NCBI GenBank assembly: GCA_951804945.1
Contig: OX638160.1
Location: 24,552,001-24,616,000 of the forward strand
Direction: 5' to 3'
Source: Podarcis cretensis
Taxonomy: Eukaryota
Length of the DNA: 64,000 nt
The position numbers and the translations under genes are program-made. The notes below the pieces were generated by a model. It was not told where the DNA came from. It saw nothing but the letters and a program-made list of their open reading frames with translations, and searched no databases. Shown here one piece after another: positions 13,101-46,763 of this stretch; the first letter of the stretch is position 1; each line of letters opens with the position of its first letter.

Positions 13101-16100
13101 TACAGAAATATGCCATCATAGAACAATTCCTGTCTTTGGATTAAAAGAAGATTGTACAGAAAATAGCTCAATCAGAATTTATCTGAAAATGCTCAATTTT
13201 ATTTTTACTTAAATTTAAGCTCTTGAGAAATAGCTTATAGGTTTTCGTGAAATTCTTCCATATGATCACAGGTGTGTGCTTGTAACTGTTTAAGAAGATT
13301 CCGGTGAACTGGAAGGCAGATAGTGAGCTCACTGCTGCCTCTCATCATGAATAGGTATATCTGTGATCAAAGAGAGCTGCCAGCTAACTGTGTTAACAAC
13401 CTTACCTTTTATTAAGATGGTTGTATATCCTTGGGCACAACCATGTAGAGGAAGTTAACTGTCCCTTTGGTAAGCAATTATATATTGCATTCTGTAATGT
13501 ACCCTTAGAGTCAGGGTGGATTGATTTAAATAAAATCGATTTAAATCAATTTTTTTTACACAAAGACTCATTCTTGGTGGTATAATCTTAATATTTACAA
13601 CCAGATGAAGGTTTCATTTTTGGATTAATACATTTTCAGAGTAGTTTTTATAGTTATATCAAAAATTAATGAGTTGGTTATACTATTAGAAATACATGGA
13701 CCAATAATTATTGTAAAGTTTAATAAGTTAACTGTTTATATTTGGACAAATTTTCTGCTGTACTTTATTGGAAGGAGAAAAATAATCATTTCCTTAATAA
13801 CAATCTAAACAATTTATTAAACTAAAACAATGACATTATAGCATATGTATCCACGTATGTTTACTGATGTGGTTAAACTTTTTTTTTTAAAAAAAACACC
13901 CTTAGACTGAGTTTTAGCACACACGAAAAACTTAAACAAATCCTTATTTCCTGATGAATAGCCTTTGGGCTATAATGTAACTTAAATAGAAAGATTTTCC
14001 CTCCAAAAGCAATTTTTAAAAATTAAATCCATTTTTAAAAAATTGATTTAAATAAAAAAAATTGATTTAAATTAAAAAATCAAAGCATTCTATGTGTAAC
14101 AAGATTAGCAAAGCTATTTAATAACTAGCAAGATTATACCAAAATGGGTTTTTTTGCCTTTTCAGAGCTTATCTGTATCTTCCTGTAAGCAATATCAGCC
14201 AGCTACCTTGTTTGCCTTTCTTATAGCCACAGCTTCTGACAGTTATAGTAGCTACTGTGAAGTAATACTTTCAAGCAACATTGTATTGCCCACATTATAC
14301 CGTAACCCAAGTAGGTGATAGGTCAGCCATAAGATTTTATCCTTCCACCAATGGTAATAGCTGGGCTGACTGATAAACTCTCTGCATTTATGAATGACTC
14401 ATAGTTAGAGAGTCTAACACACTAGAAGATCATAGGAAAGCTTCCATGTATCTGCTCAAGTCTGGGGGGGGGGGGGGGGAATCAAGCTTCAAAGACAACA
14501 GGATTCCTAGACCTTTGAAGCTGGATAATTTCAAATATTTTGACAGACAGGCTGTCCCAAGTTCTCTTTGTGCTTAAAAACCCTGCTCCAAGTGTTGGTC
14601 AAATTGTGAACAGTATCATATCTGAAGGAATGAATGTTATCTTGTTAAAATACTTACAACTGGTATAGAATGGTGGTCTTTCCAGCATTGTCAAGGCCCA
14701 CAATTATTACTTTGTGTTCTACAATACATAATAGTGAACAGTTGTAAGCTGCTGTAAACTTGAGGTTATCACATACCATAGATTATATGAAAGTGTAATA
14801 CAATGAGGCTTCTAGATTTTTCTTGGTGTAGTAGTTCATATGACCATCAATAACTATTTCCCATATACAACTAGGTAAGACAACCTCTACCCATATTTTC
14901 AATAACTCAATCCCGTCCCCCCAAGTCTTTTCTGGCTCACCATAGATTAATTTTGCTGTGTTTTGCTATTAGATCTGAGCCCCCGCCCCATCCTTGTTAC
15001 TCCAAACATGTTGAACATCTCCCTCCCCAAAAAGACTGGAAGATGTATCTAGGATAGAAAACAACAGTGATCTTTTGACAGCCAATGATGCCTCTATGGC
15101 TGTTTTCCAAAGTCAACAGGTGTCATTGAAAAGCAAGTATGAATTACTTAGAAGCCCATGAGCTCATTATCAACCAAGACAAAGTTGGCAAATAAAGAGT
15201 GAAGACTAGCTCCTTGGAAGTCTGCCTTTCCAAGCCTCGGCAGCCCATGATAAAGGTAAGATTGTGAGCTATCAAGCTCAGTGGTCTTCCCACTTTCCCC
15301 AATGCAACTCTTGCAAAGATGTATCATTGCTAAGACAACCTACCACTGTCGCTCTCCACACCATTTCCGCTATTCTTACCAGTCTTTCAATGAAGCCATT
15401 ACAGAATAAACTACTGCCAAGCAGGTATTGTTTTTGGCAGTAGTTGAAGAGTGGTGCGGACATTAGGTCTGCATATGGAAACTGAGTGTTTCCACGTGGT
15501 GGCAAATCCAAGCAGCAGGTCTTAAGTGAGAAAACACCTCATGAAGTTCATCACACACTGGTGGCCAACCACTAGGGCAAGAGGTTTTGCACACGTCCAT
15601 GGGATGAGCAAGTCTTGCATGATAGCTGTTGCATCAATCTCGTTACATGAAACCACTGTTAGTTTCTTTAGCTTAGAGGTCCAATATCAGCACCATGTAA
15701 TTAAAACAATGTAGGTTTGTGTGAATTCTTTGTTCAGTATCTTCAAGATAGTGGAGTTATTGATTATGCCTCATAAAATGTTAACAGGTATTCCATTAAG
15801 AAAGGAATGCACTAAGGCAGCTTTGCATGGCACCCCCACACCTTAGGAACGACATCAGAATGGCTTCTTCATGTATATATCTGGCACGCTATTTTAGCTT
15901 AAAGAATGCAAGGCAGATGCTGCATTGCTGGAGTTTTTAAAATTAAAACAGTAACCACCATGCCTTGGAGAACACAGGTGCATTTATTTTGCGGGCAAAG
16001 CTTTTAAAATAAGATTAGACAAAAGCATATACGTCATGCAAATTTGAACAGAGAAAAGGAAAAACGATCAGCTGGCAATATGACTGTTCTCTGCAAATGC

Positions 16101-17243
16101 ATTCAACAGGGTGTTTTCTCAAACACAAAAGAAAAATGAAAGAAGGTGGTTCGCAAGTTGTTACAGACACTGCAACATTTTAACACAAATTTATTACTTC
16201 CTGCACAGATTTCGCCAACAGCCAAGGCTGAGGAACTCATGGAATTTCTTTACATTTTGGGGAAAACTCAAACTCCAACTTTAACTTTTTGCCACATTCC
16301 TGTTCACAGGTCCTTTATACTACCAGTTGAATTTGGTTGAAATGTGCTGGCACTTAGCATCTTACAATCTACAGGCTAATTGACTTCCTGGCCTCCCCAT
16401 TATTCACCCTTGTTATTCATCATACCTATTTCTCCAGCTCACCTTCCCGCTGACTCAAAACCAGTCCTTGTTGCCCTGTTTATATTAAAACACCTTTGGT
16501 CAAACAGACAGGATGCTCCTACTCACAGCAAGTGGCCTCCTCTCCCCTAATTTCCCAACTTTACTGTACGTATTAACTTTTCACAGTCCTTTCCTTTCTC
16601 AGCCCACTATTTTCCCCATATTACTGTATTTACCCTATTGTTACTCCGCCCTGTCAAAATAAATAAAAACGGTCCCCTCTCCCAACGCCACTCTTGCCTT
16701 TTTCGTACACCTCCGTAACATGGGAGATCCAAGACTGGGGGCGGGGGGGGGGGATCCAAGTTCAAGTCCCCGCAAAAAAAGACCCCGAGTGGCCAGCCAT
16801 ACACTTCTTCCTTCTCGGCCTCAGCTACCTCCAGGGGCTCTTGTGAGCATACGGCGGGAGGGTAGGGGAATAGACCCATGCACGATGCCCCCTCCTTCCT
16901 TGGGAGAAAGGGCTCAATAAATACCCCGCTTCCCACCCAATGCAAAACCCTAATTGTTACAGACACAGCTGAGACATCCCCCCAGGTCTCGTCACGATCA
17001 CGATCCTCTCCCTCTGCTACCCTCCCTCAACCGAGCTCCCCCCGCCCCCCGTTAAAGGGCAGCCCGGGAAACTCCCCCCCCCGCCCCGAGACGAAACCCT
17101 CCCGGCAAAAATGCCACACGGAGCAGCAAAAGCAGCAGCCCCGGTAGCGGCGGCGCAGGTGCCCCGACAGCCCCAGCCGCCGCCCCGCTCTACTCACCCT
17201 GGTTACAGAAAAGGCTCCACAGCTTGGCAAATATCAAGCCCAT
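10069..17243 (-). CDS. ARL5B: ADP-ribosylation factor-like GTPase 5B, complete spliced CDS: join(17198..17243,14658..14718,12911..13058,11576..11659,10719..10870,10069..10117), 540 nt, 179 aa
   Basis: Six GT-AG exons splice in frame to [31 protein letters not shown]...WDIGGQE...FANKQD...[12 protein letters not shown]; Gly2 myristoylation site, P-loop, G3 and G4 motifs; adjacent to NSUN6 as in other vertebrates. Confidence 0.97.
10719..10870 (-). CDS. ARL5B: ARL5B exon 5 (152 nt)
   Basis: [51 protein letters not shown]; NKQD motif. Confidence 0.96.
11576..11659 (-). CDS. ARL5B: ARL5B exon 4 (84 nt)
   Basis: [28 protein letters not shown]; within ORF 11489..11710. Confidence 0.96.
12911..13058 (-). 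CDS. ARL5B: ARL5B exon 3 (148 nt)
   Basis: [49 protein letters not shown]; AG/GT boundaries. Confidence 0.96.
13512..14085. mobile_element. hAT (Tip100/Zaphod-like) non-autonomous element in ARL5B intron 2
   Basis: CAGGGTGG terminus with repeated GATTTAAAT subterminal motifs at both ends; right terminus truncated. Confidence 0.6.
14658..14718 (-). CDS. ARL5B: ARL5B exon 2 (61 nt)
   Basis: [22 protein letters not shown]-loop; tgtag acceptor, GTAAGT donor. Confidence 0.96.
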
Positions 17244-18020
17244 CCCGACTTGGCCAGCAGAAACCGCCGACCTCCTCTTCCGCTTCTGCTGCAGACGAGC
17301 GCCTTGCCTCCTTCCCGTCGGTTCTTTCTTCTCGTGGCCAACGCGGCGGATAAAGTGGGAGGGGCCTAAGCCCCGCCCCGCCCCCTCCTCCTGTTCTCGA
17401 CCACGGCAGCGGCGCGAGAGCCCTTCCCCAAGCCTTCCTTCCGCAAGGCGCGCTGACGTCACCGCGTCCGCATGGAACGACGCACGTTCCACGACTGCCG
17501 CTGACGAAAGGCCGAAACTGGGATTAGGGTGGCAGTTTCCCTCTCACGCGCACCCTCCCTTGTGGGGCGGGGTGGATTTTTTTTTTTTTTAATTGCTCAG
17601 AGCAGGGAATGGGCGTGACTTAGTCATGATCAGTGATTTCAACTGCTCGGGCTTAAAAAACGGTGAAAGCTGATACGCCCGCCCGGACATTACGTGCATT
17701 TCCTGTTTTCTTTCGGGCGGCGCCATATGAGGGGCGCGAGAGCCAGGCCTTTTCTGTTGGCATTGGTTCAGCAAGGCGCCGGAAGTGACTAGTATCGTTG
17801 CGGTCTTTCGCCGCTTCCCTTTGGACGAGGAAGGGGCAGGGCGGGGCCGCGAGAGTGACGTCACCCTCCGCTCCGGACGTGATGGAGGCGTTCTTTTCCC
17901 ACGCCCGTGGTGAATAGTTTCCCTCTTTCAGAAGGTTCCTGACAGGGACAGCCGGGTTTTTCCACACGGAGTTAGATTTTTATATATGGAATGATACAAA
18001 TATCGCGCAGCCGTGACTTA
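16700..18020. promoter_or_regulatory. CpG island / ARL5B promoter, probably bidirectional
   Basis: High GC and CpG density around ARL5B exon 1; GC boxes at ~17371-17385, ~17564, ~17839; full CRE TGACGTCA at 17454-17461 and 17856-17863; ETS CCGGAAGTG at 17779-17787; CGCCAT YY1-like core at ~17721. Confidence 0.85.
17198..17243 (-). CDS. ARL5B: ARL5B coding exon 1 (46 nt)
   Basis: ATG at 17243-17241, [15 protein letters not shown], donor G|GTGAGT. Confidence 0.96.
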
Positions 18021-19209
18021 AAGTCGATTTTCACTAATGACTTTCGATGCAGATTAGAGTAGTATCACAAGAGAAATGCGAAGATACTCGCATGGAGAAT
18101 AGTGGAGGTCAAAGGCTATTTTCAATTTTATTTTTTAAAAAAAGTTCGGATTGTAAACTACTGAGTGTCCACGAGGTTTGTCTCCACGAAGTTGTGCAAG
18201 TAAACTCCCCTGCCCACGCCACGCCCAACTCAGCACTTTGAAGTCAGCATGTTTGATTATGTAGAAAAAGTGTAGGTAGCCATGTCGAAAGATGCTGAAG
18301 CCACAGTAGTAATAAGGTTTAATAGAGTCTGCTAGGTCCTAATAATTGGCATCCTGCGGAGGAAGACATTTGAGCTTTTATAGTGTAACTTGCTTCTAAG
18401 TACACATGTAGACAATAATCAATCTGCAATTAGAGAATTATGGGATAACCAGCCTCATATAACTAACATGGTTAAGTTTAATTAATGCATGGGGTGGGGG
18501 GTAATCAATGCCTTTGTTTGCTTCTGTCTACCAGAGAAACTTAGTGTGTGAAGAGGCTAAGGTAGTTGCTACATCTTAGCTGCATGGCTCTTACAAGCCA
18601 CTGTTGTGTTCCTGTACCAATAATTTAGGAACATTCACCACTGTAACTAAGCCAAGTTGTACAGCCTGTGTTTTCTGACTGATGTATGGGAAATCACATG
18701 AACCTGACCTTTGGAGAGTTTGTAAGTAAACCATTCCTAAATGTGTAGATTTTTCTATGCTGAGGGCAAAGGGAAACGTTGGAAGGAACTCACAAGGGCA
18801 TATTTTAAATGGGTTTATTTCAACGCTTTACTTTGCTGCATGCTTTTTGATTTTAAATCTCATCAAAGAGCACTTGCCTCAAACTTGGATCTTAGCATTC
18901 AGGAAGTATCTTTTTAACCTATTTTTCCTTGCCAACCACTTCATTTAAGAATAACCCCAGAAAGCTTATAGTAGAAGGGAAATGTGATTATTTCTCTCTT
19001 CACCAAGTGTTAAAAGAATCAGGATGATTATAGAGGCATTAACAGGTGTAATAACTATATAGATTATCAATATTGTTGACAGCACAAGTTTATGCATGTT
19101 TATTTGCAAGTAAATCCCACTGTGTTCAGTGGGTTTTACTCTCAAGTAAATGCGCATGGGATAGGGCCATTACCCTGGGATTCATCTTCTCTGGATATCA
19201 CATGTAGCA

Positions 19210-20050
19210 GTCTTTGGCTGCTGCCTCCCTCGTTCCTCTCTCCGCCTGGTAACCACGTCCTCCCCCGTGGGCGCCCACGTTCTGGTGCGAAAGCTCCATT
19301 GCCCTGAACGGAGCTTACTCCCGAGGAACCCTAAATAACTGCAGTTTCGTGCTGGGGAGGGGGCTCTCCAAGTAGGGGGAGGGAGGGAGGCGGAGCTGGG
19401 CTAGGACGGGGCGGCATTTCCTATCGCCTCCCCGGATGAGGGCAGGAGGGCGGCCGAAGGCTGGGCGCGGCATTGCTCAGGCGCTGGGGTAGGCAAAGGG
19501 GCGCGGGAGGATGACGGCCATGGGGGACCCCGGTGCCTCAGCCCCAGCCCGGGGAGAAGAGGGGAAGCCACGTCCCGGTGTTCAATCCCCGCCGGGGTCG
19601 CTCTCGGCGCCCGGCAGCAGATGGCGCCCCATCCGAGGCAGCCGCGACGGAGGCGGGCTCTGCTTTTCGGCTCCTGAGGGGAAAAGGGAGCCCTTTGCAA
19701 ATGGCCTCCCTCGAGGACACACGCACACCCCTTTTAAAACGGGTGGAAAGAAGTGTGAGGCGAAGTAGACACGGGACCGAATTTAACATGTACTCCAAAG
19801 CCGCCCCCCCTCCCAGTTTCAAATCGGATTATAATGTCGCCACGCCTGTTTTGCACCGACTAGAGGCGAATTAGGGGCTCAAATTTGCGTGAAGCAAATC
19901 GAGCAGCGGCATTTCCCAGTAAAGTGCAGGGTGTCTAGGCGTTTTGGGTAATGTCATGTGAACACAGGTGAAAAATCCAGCAATTTAAATCCAGCGAGTG
20001 CGCTACAGTAAATGGAAATGTGGACACAGCCGAAAAAGTTCGCGATTAGT
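19210..20050 (+). promoter_or_regulatory. Second CpG island, likely NSUN6 promoter with non-coding first exon
   Basis: CpG-rich block about 0.5-1.3 kb upstream of the NSUN6 first coding exon, which itself begins at a splice acceptor (20544); candidate donor GGG|GTAGGC at 19488/19489. Confidence 0.7.
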
Positions 20051-20579
20051 AACTGCTCACTCTTGGACGACTCTGGCCCCCCCGAGTATTTCCATGCCAA
20101 TCCAAGAGGGAAAAAGATGGATGCAATGATAAGATTATTGGCAGGCCATTTTTAAAAATGGGCTTGGAATCTTGGCCTTGTTCCTCATGCTTCCTTCATA
20201 CTAACTGTTGTACAGGACCATTTAGCTTATTTAGTGCCACTCATTCTCATAGAATATTAAATTATTGCTTCAATCATTACATTACATAATTTATGATACA
20301 ACCAGATGCAACATATAGCAGACAAAATGCAGCTTATTACTGCTATAAACCATCATTCACTTTGGGAATGGCACTGTTTGGCTGAATGTTAAAGTTGGTG
20401 AATTGACGATGTCTACTTATGTCTTGCCTTAATTTTTTTTCATATTCTATGACAATGTAGGAGAAAAAGATTACAAATGAAGCTTTTTAATCTGAATTTG
20501 TTTGGTTTTGAATTGTTCATGTGAAAATGATTTTCTTTCTCCAGATGTGTTCCAAAAAGAATAGGAGACAGTAAAGACT

Positions 20580-41062
<20,483 letters not shown>

Positions 41063-41425
41063 AAATCATGGCTTTAGAAGTCAACATAAAAAGCACCCTT
41101 TCTGTTAACATTTGGAGCATTCTGAACTCTACCTTCATGCTGCTGCAATGTTGCCAAGCCAACGGACTGACGACACAGTTGCCATAGCAGCAGCAAAATC
41201 TGCCAGCTGTTTCCTTTGGGAGAGATCCACAGGTTGGAGAAACAAGTCTGAGGGAAGGGGCAGCTTCAATTTGTAAAGCTCCATTTGGTTTTATATTAGC
41301 AGTAGGTCACTGATTCTAGAAACATGCTTGTTTTTCAGTTTGTCTAAAAGATTTATTTATTTTTTTAGAAAAAAAGCTGCAGTTATGTACAGTAGAAAAT
41401 CTGCTTTCAAAGTATTTTATCAGTA

Positions 41426-41507
41426 ATTAAATACACTGTCACATGTTGTAAAACCTTATCCGAACTCTCAAATTGCTGTTTTTGAAAAACAATTTTATAT
41501 TATTAAA
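41426..41507 (+). terminator. Candidate NSUN6 poly(A) signals (ATTAAA at 41426 and 41502)
   Basis: Variant hexamers 360-440 nt after the stop in AU-rich 3' UTR-like sequence. Confidence 0.45.
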
Positions 41508-42669
41508 TGGCATTTCTTACAAAACAATATTAATCTTTTAAGTGATATTGTACATCTTGGTGCTTTAAATTATTAATCCATGTCTTCTAAGCAGATATCT
41601 TTCAAGGCCTAATCCTATTTTCCTTGTATCTTGACTTTCTAGCAGCATTCTAACATTCTGTTTCCGGAGAATGCAGATTTGTGAACTCCAAGATCAGCTG
41701 TCCCATATTTTATTCTGAGACTGATGTAAAGAAATACTATTAAGCTAACAGACCAAAAATTCCTTCAAGCGTCACCATCATCTTTGGCCCTAGAAGGAGT
41801 GGCAACTCAGAATCTTAGCATTCACATTGCTTTTATATTGTCTCATTTTTATTTTTATTTTAAATAGCCTTTGCATCCTAGAAATGCTTCTATTGTAATA
41901 TGTTTGTGATTTATAGATTTGGGTATTCCACTGAATTTCAGGAACCAACAAGTGGATACTCAATTCCAGCAGTAATTATTATTATTTTTTAATTATATAC
42001 CACTTACTAGAACAAATGCCACCAAGCAGTTTAGAATGATGTAATATATATGGAATGGGGAATGTTGAGTGGTTAATGTGCATAACTGGCCAGTGTACAG
42101 ATGCACCAGGCATCAGGGAGAATGTACACATAATTCATCCATGAATAGTGCACATTTTACAGGCAATATGCATAGTCTCCAGAGGAACTTGGGAAATGCA
42201 CATATATCTACAGAATCCTGTACATCCTCTGGTCATTATGTATAATCTCCAAGAGTCATTGGGAGGGGGGATATATCTGACCTTTGTTTTGTACGTTCTG
42301 CAGGCAGCAAGCACATTCTCTGGTCAGTATGCATAGTCTTATCTCTTGTTTGCAAGAGTACAATCCATCTCCTCTGCCCTTCTGTTGGTCCACTGATTAA
42401 TCAAGGCCCACAACAGATCCTCCTATTGATCAACTGATTAGCAGCAGGAAGAAGGGATCCATCTTTTTAAAAATAACTTATTTTGCATTCCAGCCCTTTA
42501 CACCACTCTCAGCTGTTCCCCAGTCAGCTTAGCAGCACAACAGGGATAGTAGGGGAAGCTTTAAACCTTCCCACTATCTTCCCCAATTTTGATGGAAATT
42601 GCCCCCTGCCCAATGCTATTAAGCTTAGGAAAAAACAGCATTGGGGCAGTCATCATAGGAATCACAGCG

Positions 42670-43079
42670 TGTCATGGGCCAGGAGTCAGCTTCACCTGCT
42701 GAACAGCAGCCTGAAGGGGAAGAAGGCAGAGTGGCTCCACCTGCAGCTGATCAGGAGGAGAAGGCCCTGATGAGAACCAGCTGGCTTTCAGCCTTCTTAA
42801 GCAGAGTTTCCAGCAGCAGTGAGATGCTGGTAACGTTTGTAGTTTGTGGGCCCAACTTGCTGCTCCCTGCTCGTCTTGACCCTTGGCCACCTGCTCATCA
42901 GATTCTTTGACCCCTGGACTGTCTGACCACATGGATTGCTGTTTGCCCCACCCTAGGACTGGACCTGACTGGATGCCGACTCTGCCTCCAGGCAAGTACA
43001 CCTCAGAGACCCTTTGGGTTGGCTTGTTTCCCACTGCACTGAGCTCTGCATGTTTTTGCTCAGCAACAAGACTATGACA
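42670..43079. mobile_element. Probable solo LTR (410 bp, Gypsy-like termini)
   Basis: GC-richer block bounded by TGTCAT...ATGACA; TSD not clearly preserved. Confidence 0.55.
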
Positions 43080-43454
43080 CGGGAGGGAAGTTTCAGCTTG
43101 CTGAGGAAAATCACCATCAAGTAGAAAGCCTGACTGAATCAATTTGGTGCTAGTTTTCTATACCATAAACAAGTTTCACTGAGAGCAATGGAATGAAACT
43201 TGGTAATTGAGTTTTGTACTGTAGCAAGGGACTGAAATATCTAGATCTTCCCCTGCTTTATGTACACATAAAAAAGTAGCCTGGAACGTTGTGTCCTGGC
43301 ATGTAGATACAGTAAGTCTTGTGTATATGAGAGGGGAGATTCAAATGTGATCATACAAATCCTGTCTGAAACGGGAAAACTCAGCAACAGATAAATCAGG
43401 TGGAACTGTGTAAGGAAATAAACAACTATCTGACTTTTAGAAGACATCTGAAGG

Positions 43455-43585
43455 CAGCCCTGTTTAGGGAAGTTTTTAATGTTTGATGTTTTATTGCTTT
43501 ATTATTAATATTCTATTGGGAGGCACCCAGAGTGGCTGGGGAAACCCAGCCAGATGGGCGGGGTATAAATATTTTTTTATTATTG
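43455..43585 (+). mobile_element. Third L2-like 3' end
   Basis: GCCCTGTTTAGGGAAGTTTTTAAT...CCCAGAGTGGCTGGGGAAACCCAGCCAGATGGGCGGGGTATAAAT. Confidence 0.78.
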
Positions 43586-46558
43586 TCATCTTGAATTTAA
43601 GTTCTGTTCGTTAATCTTAATTGGGCTTGGGCACAATTGGCTTTTGCTGCGCAAAGCTGTAAGTTTTTCTGCTAGAAGATCTAACTAAATTTATTTCTGA
43701 AGTTAATGTGAACTTGAGTCATTGACTTCAGTGTAGAGGAGGTTACAACTTCCACAAACCACTCTTGAGGGCATTGTGTGAGAGACAGCAAGAGGTTTCC
43801 TGTTTGCCTGAGCATCAGAGGCTGCTGCATTTCTATAGCGTGTGCACACATACACACAGTTGCTTCCAGCACTAAACATTCGCTTGAATCCATAGGATTT
43901 CTTACAAGTATTAAAACATAGCAGTGTGGTTCACATATTCTTGTATCAAAAAACATTTGGTTTAAGAGAACAAGGGAGGTACATATTTATTTGCAAGAGT
44001 ACAATTGTTTGCAAAAGTTTGTACAAACTCTTGCAAAAATCTGCCTTAAGTTGCATGCTAGGTAAACGTTTTCCAGTGTAGTTGGCTTTACAACATAGCC
44101 TCCATCTGTCCTCCCTTGCCTTTAGTTTTTCAGATCTGATACAGGTTGGAGTCATCACTGAAATTCAGGACAGTAGGAGTGCAGTGATTGCCTTCCTCCA
44201 CCAAGGACCTACTTACCATGTGTTTTCATTTGCATTAATGACTTACTTTACTGTCAACAGGGCTGTATGTAGATGGGAGGGTGAAACAAGGTTGACAGAT
44301 GCTATTAAGAGAAGGCATGAGTGGAGGCAGCCTGGCATTGAATTAAAGCATCTGTTTCACCATGAGTGAAATGTAAGTCAGCAAGAAAAAGGAGGCAATG
44401 ACTAGGTCCTGCATTTATGACTAAATGTTAATAGGCCTAGCCTGTGCAACACATATATTACAGTAATGCTGGGTTGTTTTACTTTTGCTTAAACAGTTGC
44501 ACTCTATTCCTTAACATAAGCTTTGCAAGAAGCTAGCTATTGTTTGAAAAAATCAGGGAGCCCAGCCTCAGTGTTTCCTGCGGAGGGCGAGAATTGGAGT
44601 GGAAATCCCGAGGGGAAAATGTGAGTTTGTGGAGGTTAATATATAGAGTCTACTATGTACATGTTTGTTACTTCCATGGCACAGAATGTGCAAGAATCTG
44701 TCGTGGCAAGAATGAATTTGTAAGTGCATTAACTCAATCAAGTAGAAGGAGTTTTTTAAATCCTAAAATTTCTTCCTCTTTATTCATTGAGATTTGCCTT
44801 TTTAAAGGAAATTTATTGAATTATATGAGCCCGAGGGTAGGAGTTTAACTTGACTGTGACTCTGTGGTAACTAGCATACATACTGCAGTTTAATTCTGCA
44901 TACCTAGCAAGCCCTCTTAGTGTCTGGAAAACCATTACATTACCTGTTTTGTTTCCAAACTTTTAGTGGAGATGAAACAATAAAAACAATATAAATTTCA
45001 CTTATAAATGTTTACCCATTCTTCATAATCTTGACTTAAGATCAAAATCCTTCTTAAATGTACTGTTGCATCTTCATTATTGCCAGTCAACATATTATTA
45101 TTATTACCATCATTAATTATTACTGTTCTATCAAGTTTGTATACCATCCTTCATCTGAAGACCACAGAGTGGTTTACAAACATAAAAATACCAAATGAGA
45201 ACACAAAAAATAAAACAAAAGCAACCCCCCCAAATCCCCATTAAAAATGCCATGAAGTGCTAATCAGCCATAGGCCTGGTCACAAAGAAACGTTTTCACC
45301 TGGCACCTAACGGTATGCAGTGAAGGCACCAGGCGAGACTCTTTGGGGGAAGGATTCCACTAAGCGCCTGTGCCAAGTGCCCCTTACCATACTTACCCCT
45401 ACCCTGAATGACTAATTGGGGAGCTTCTGCTCTTTCCAGCTCTCTTCCCACAGCTTTCAGTTATAAAACAAACAAGCAACCCTCTCCAAGGTTAAAAACA
45501 CGTAAGTTAAAAAGCTTTTAGTATTCAGCACAAATCCTGATTATTGGGGCAAAGGGCATTTGCCATTTTACAATGCTGTAAATAAAGCAAAGTTGTATAT
45601 GCATAGCACTTTCTTCAATGCATAGCACTTTCTTCATCTGAGTGTTTTAGTATTGATTTGATTATTTAAAAACCCTGTTGTATTCTGCCTGAATGTCAGG
45701 TTCTTGGTGAGCAGTTTCGTAACAGAAAAATGACCCATCACTTTGCAAGAAGTACAAGGCCAGCCTACCTCTTCTCTTTCTCTTAAGAGTAATTGAGGAA
45801 AACACATTATGGATAGGGTTATTAAGTACCAAATAGTAATCATTAAAAGATTATGAGCTATAGTACTCAGCCTTGACACCAATAGATTTGTTAGAATTCA
45901 TCAGTTTGCTAATCGTGCATACTATGAAGAAATGAATAAACATTGGATTGCATCTAAACCAAGTTAGTTGTACTTAAATCCCATTTAAATCAATGAGACA
46001 AGCTAGTTGTCACCTTTAAGACCTATTGATTTCAATGGAAACTAACATAGCAATCTTATATATTTCTATTCAAAAGTGTCATTGAGATCAGTTGAATTGC
46101 ATCCATATAAGTGAATAGAATTGCAGTCCAAATGAACTATCTGAATCAAACCCATTGAGTTTCCAGTTCCAACTGGACAATTACAAAGTTCATAGCTTTA
46201 TATGGAAGCTTGTTGCAGAAGCTGAAGAATTTGAAATCCTGCCAAAGTGTTGCAAAGATTAAGTAGAACAAATCCTGCAGCAATAAAGAATGGGCTTTAA
46301 AAGCCAGATTCAAAGTATTAAGAGTAATGACTATAGCCAGGGGAGTGGGGGGTAGGGCTTTAGAATATTGGGAATTTGAGCAGAAATACAACAAATAGTG
46401 AGAAGCCTCCCACCAAGGAATCATGGGTGGAGAGGTGGAAATACTCTCCCTAATTAGAAGTGTCTGCAGAGCTCTGGGATAAATAGCTTCCTGTTCACCT
46501 AACCCTGGACATTGGCAGTCTAGCATTATATTGTAATTACTCCATAGTACTGTAGTAG

Positions 46559-46561
<3 letters not shown>

Positions 46562-46629
<68 letters not shown>
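46562..46629. repeat. Compound (GT)n(GA)n microsatellite
   Basis: Direct. Confidence 0.95.
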
Positions 46630-46631
<2 letters not shown>

Positions 46632-46763
46632 GCCGATTCCCTGAGTTCCTTCTAATTCTTCGAGTCCTATTAAAGTCTCATAGCGCAGCAGTTACCAATT
46701 AGCTAAGTACTGCAGCTTCCGTTTTTCAAAAGCCAAGCCATGTACCCCATATTATTGACAATT

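Noticed and set aside
16607-19874. Many 60-120 aa ORFs in the CpG islands
   Set aside because: GC-rich sequence is depleted of stop codons; low-complexity Pro/Arg/Gly translations
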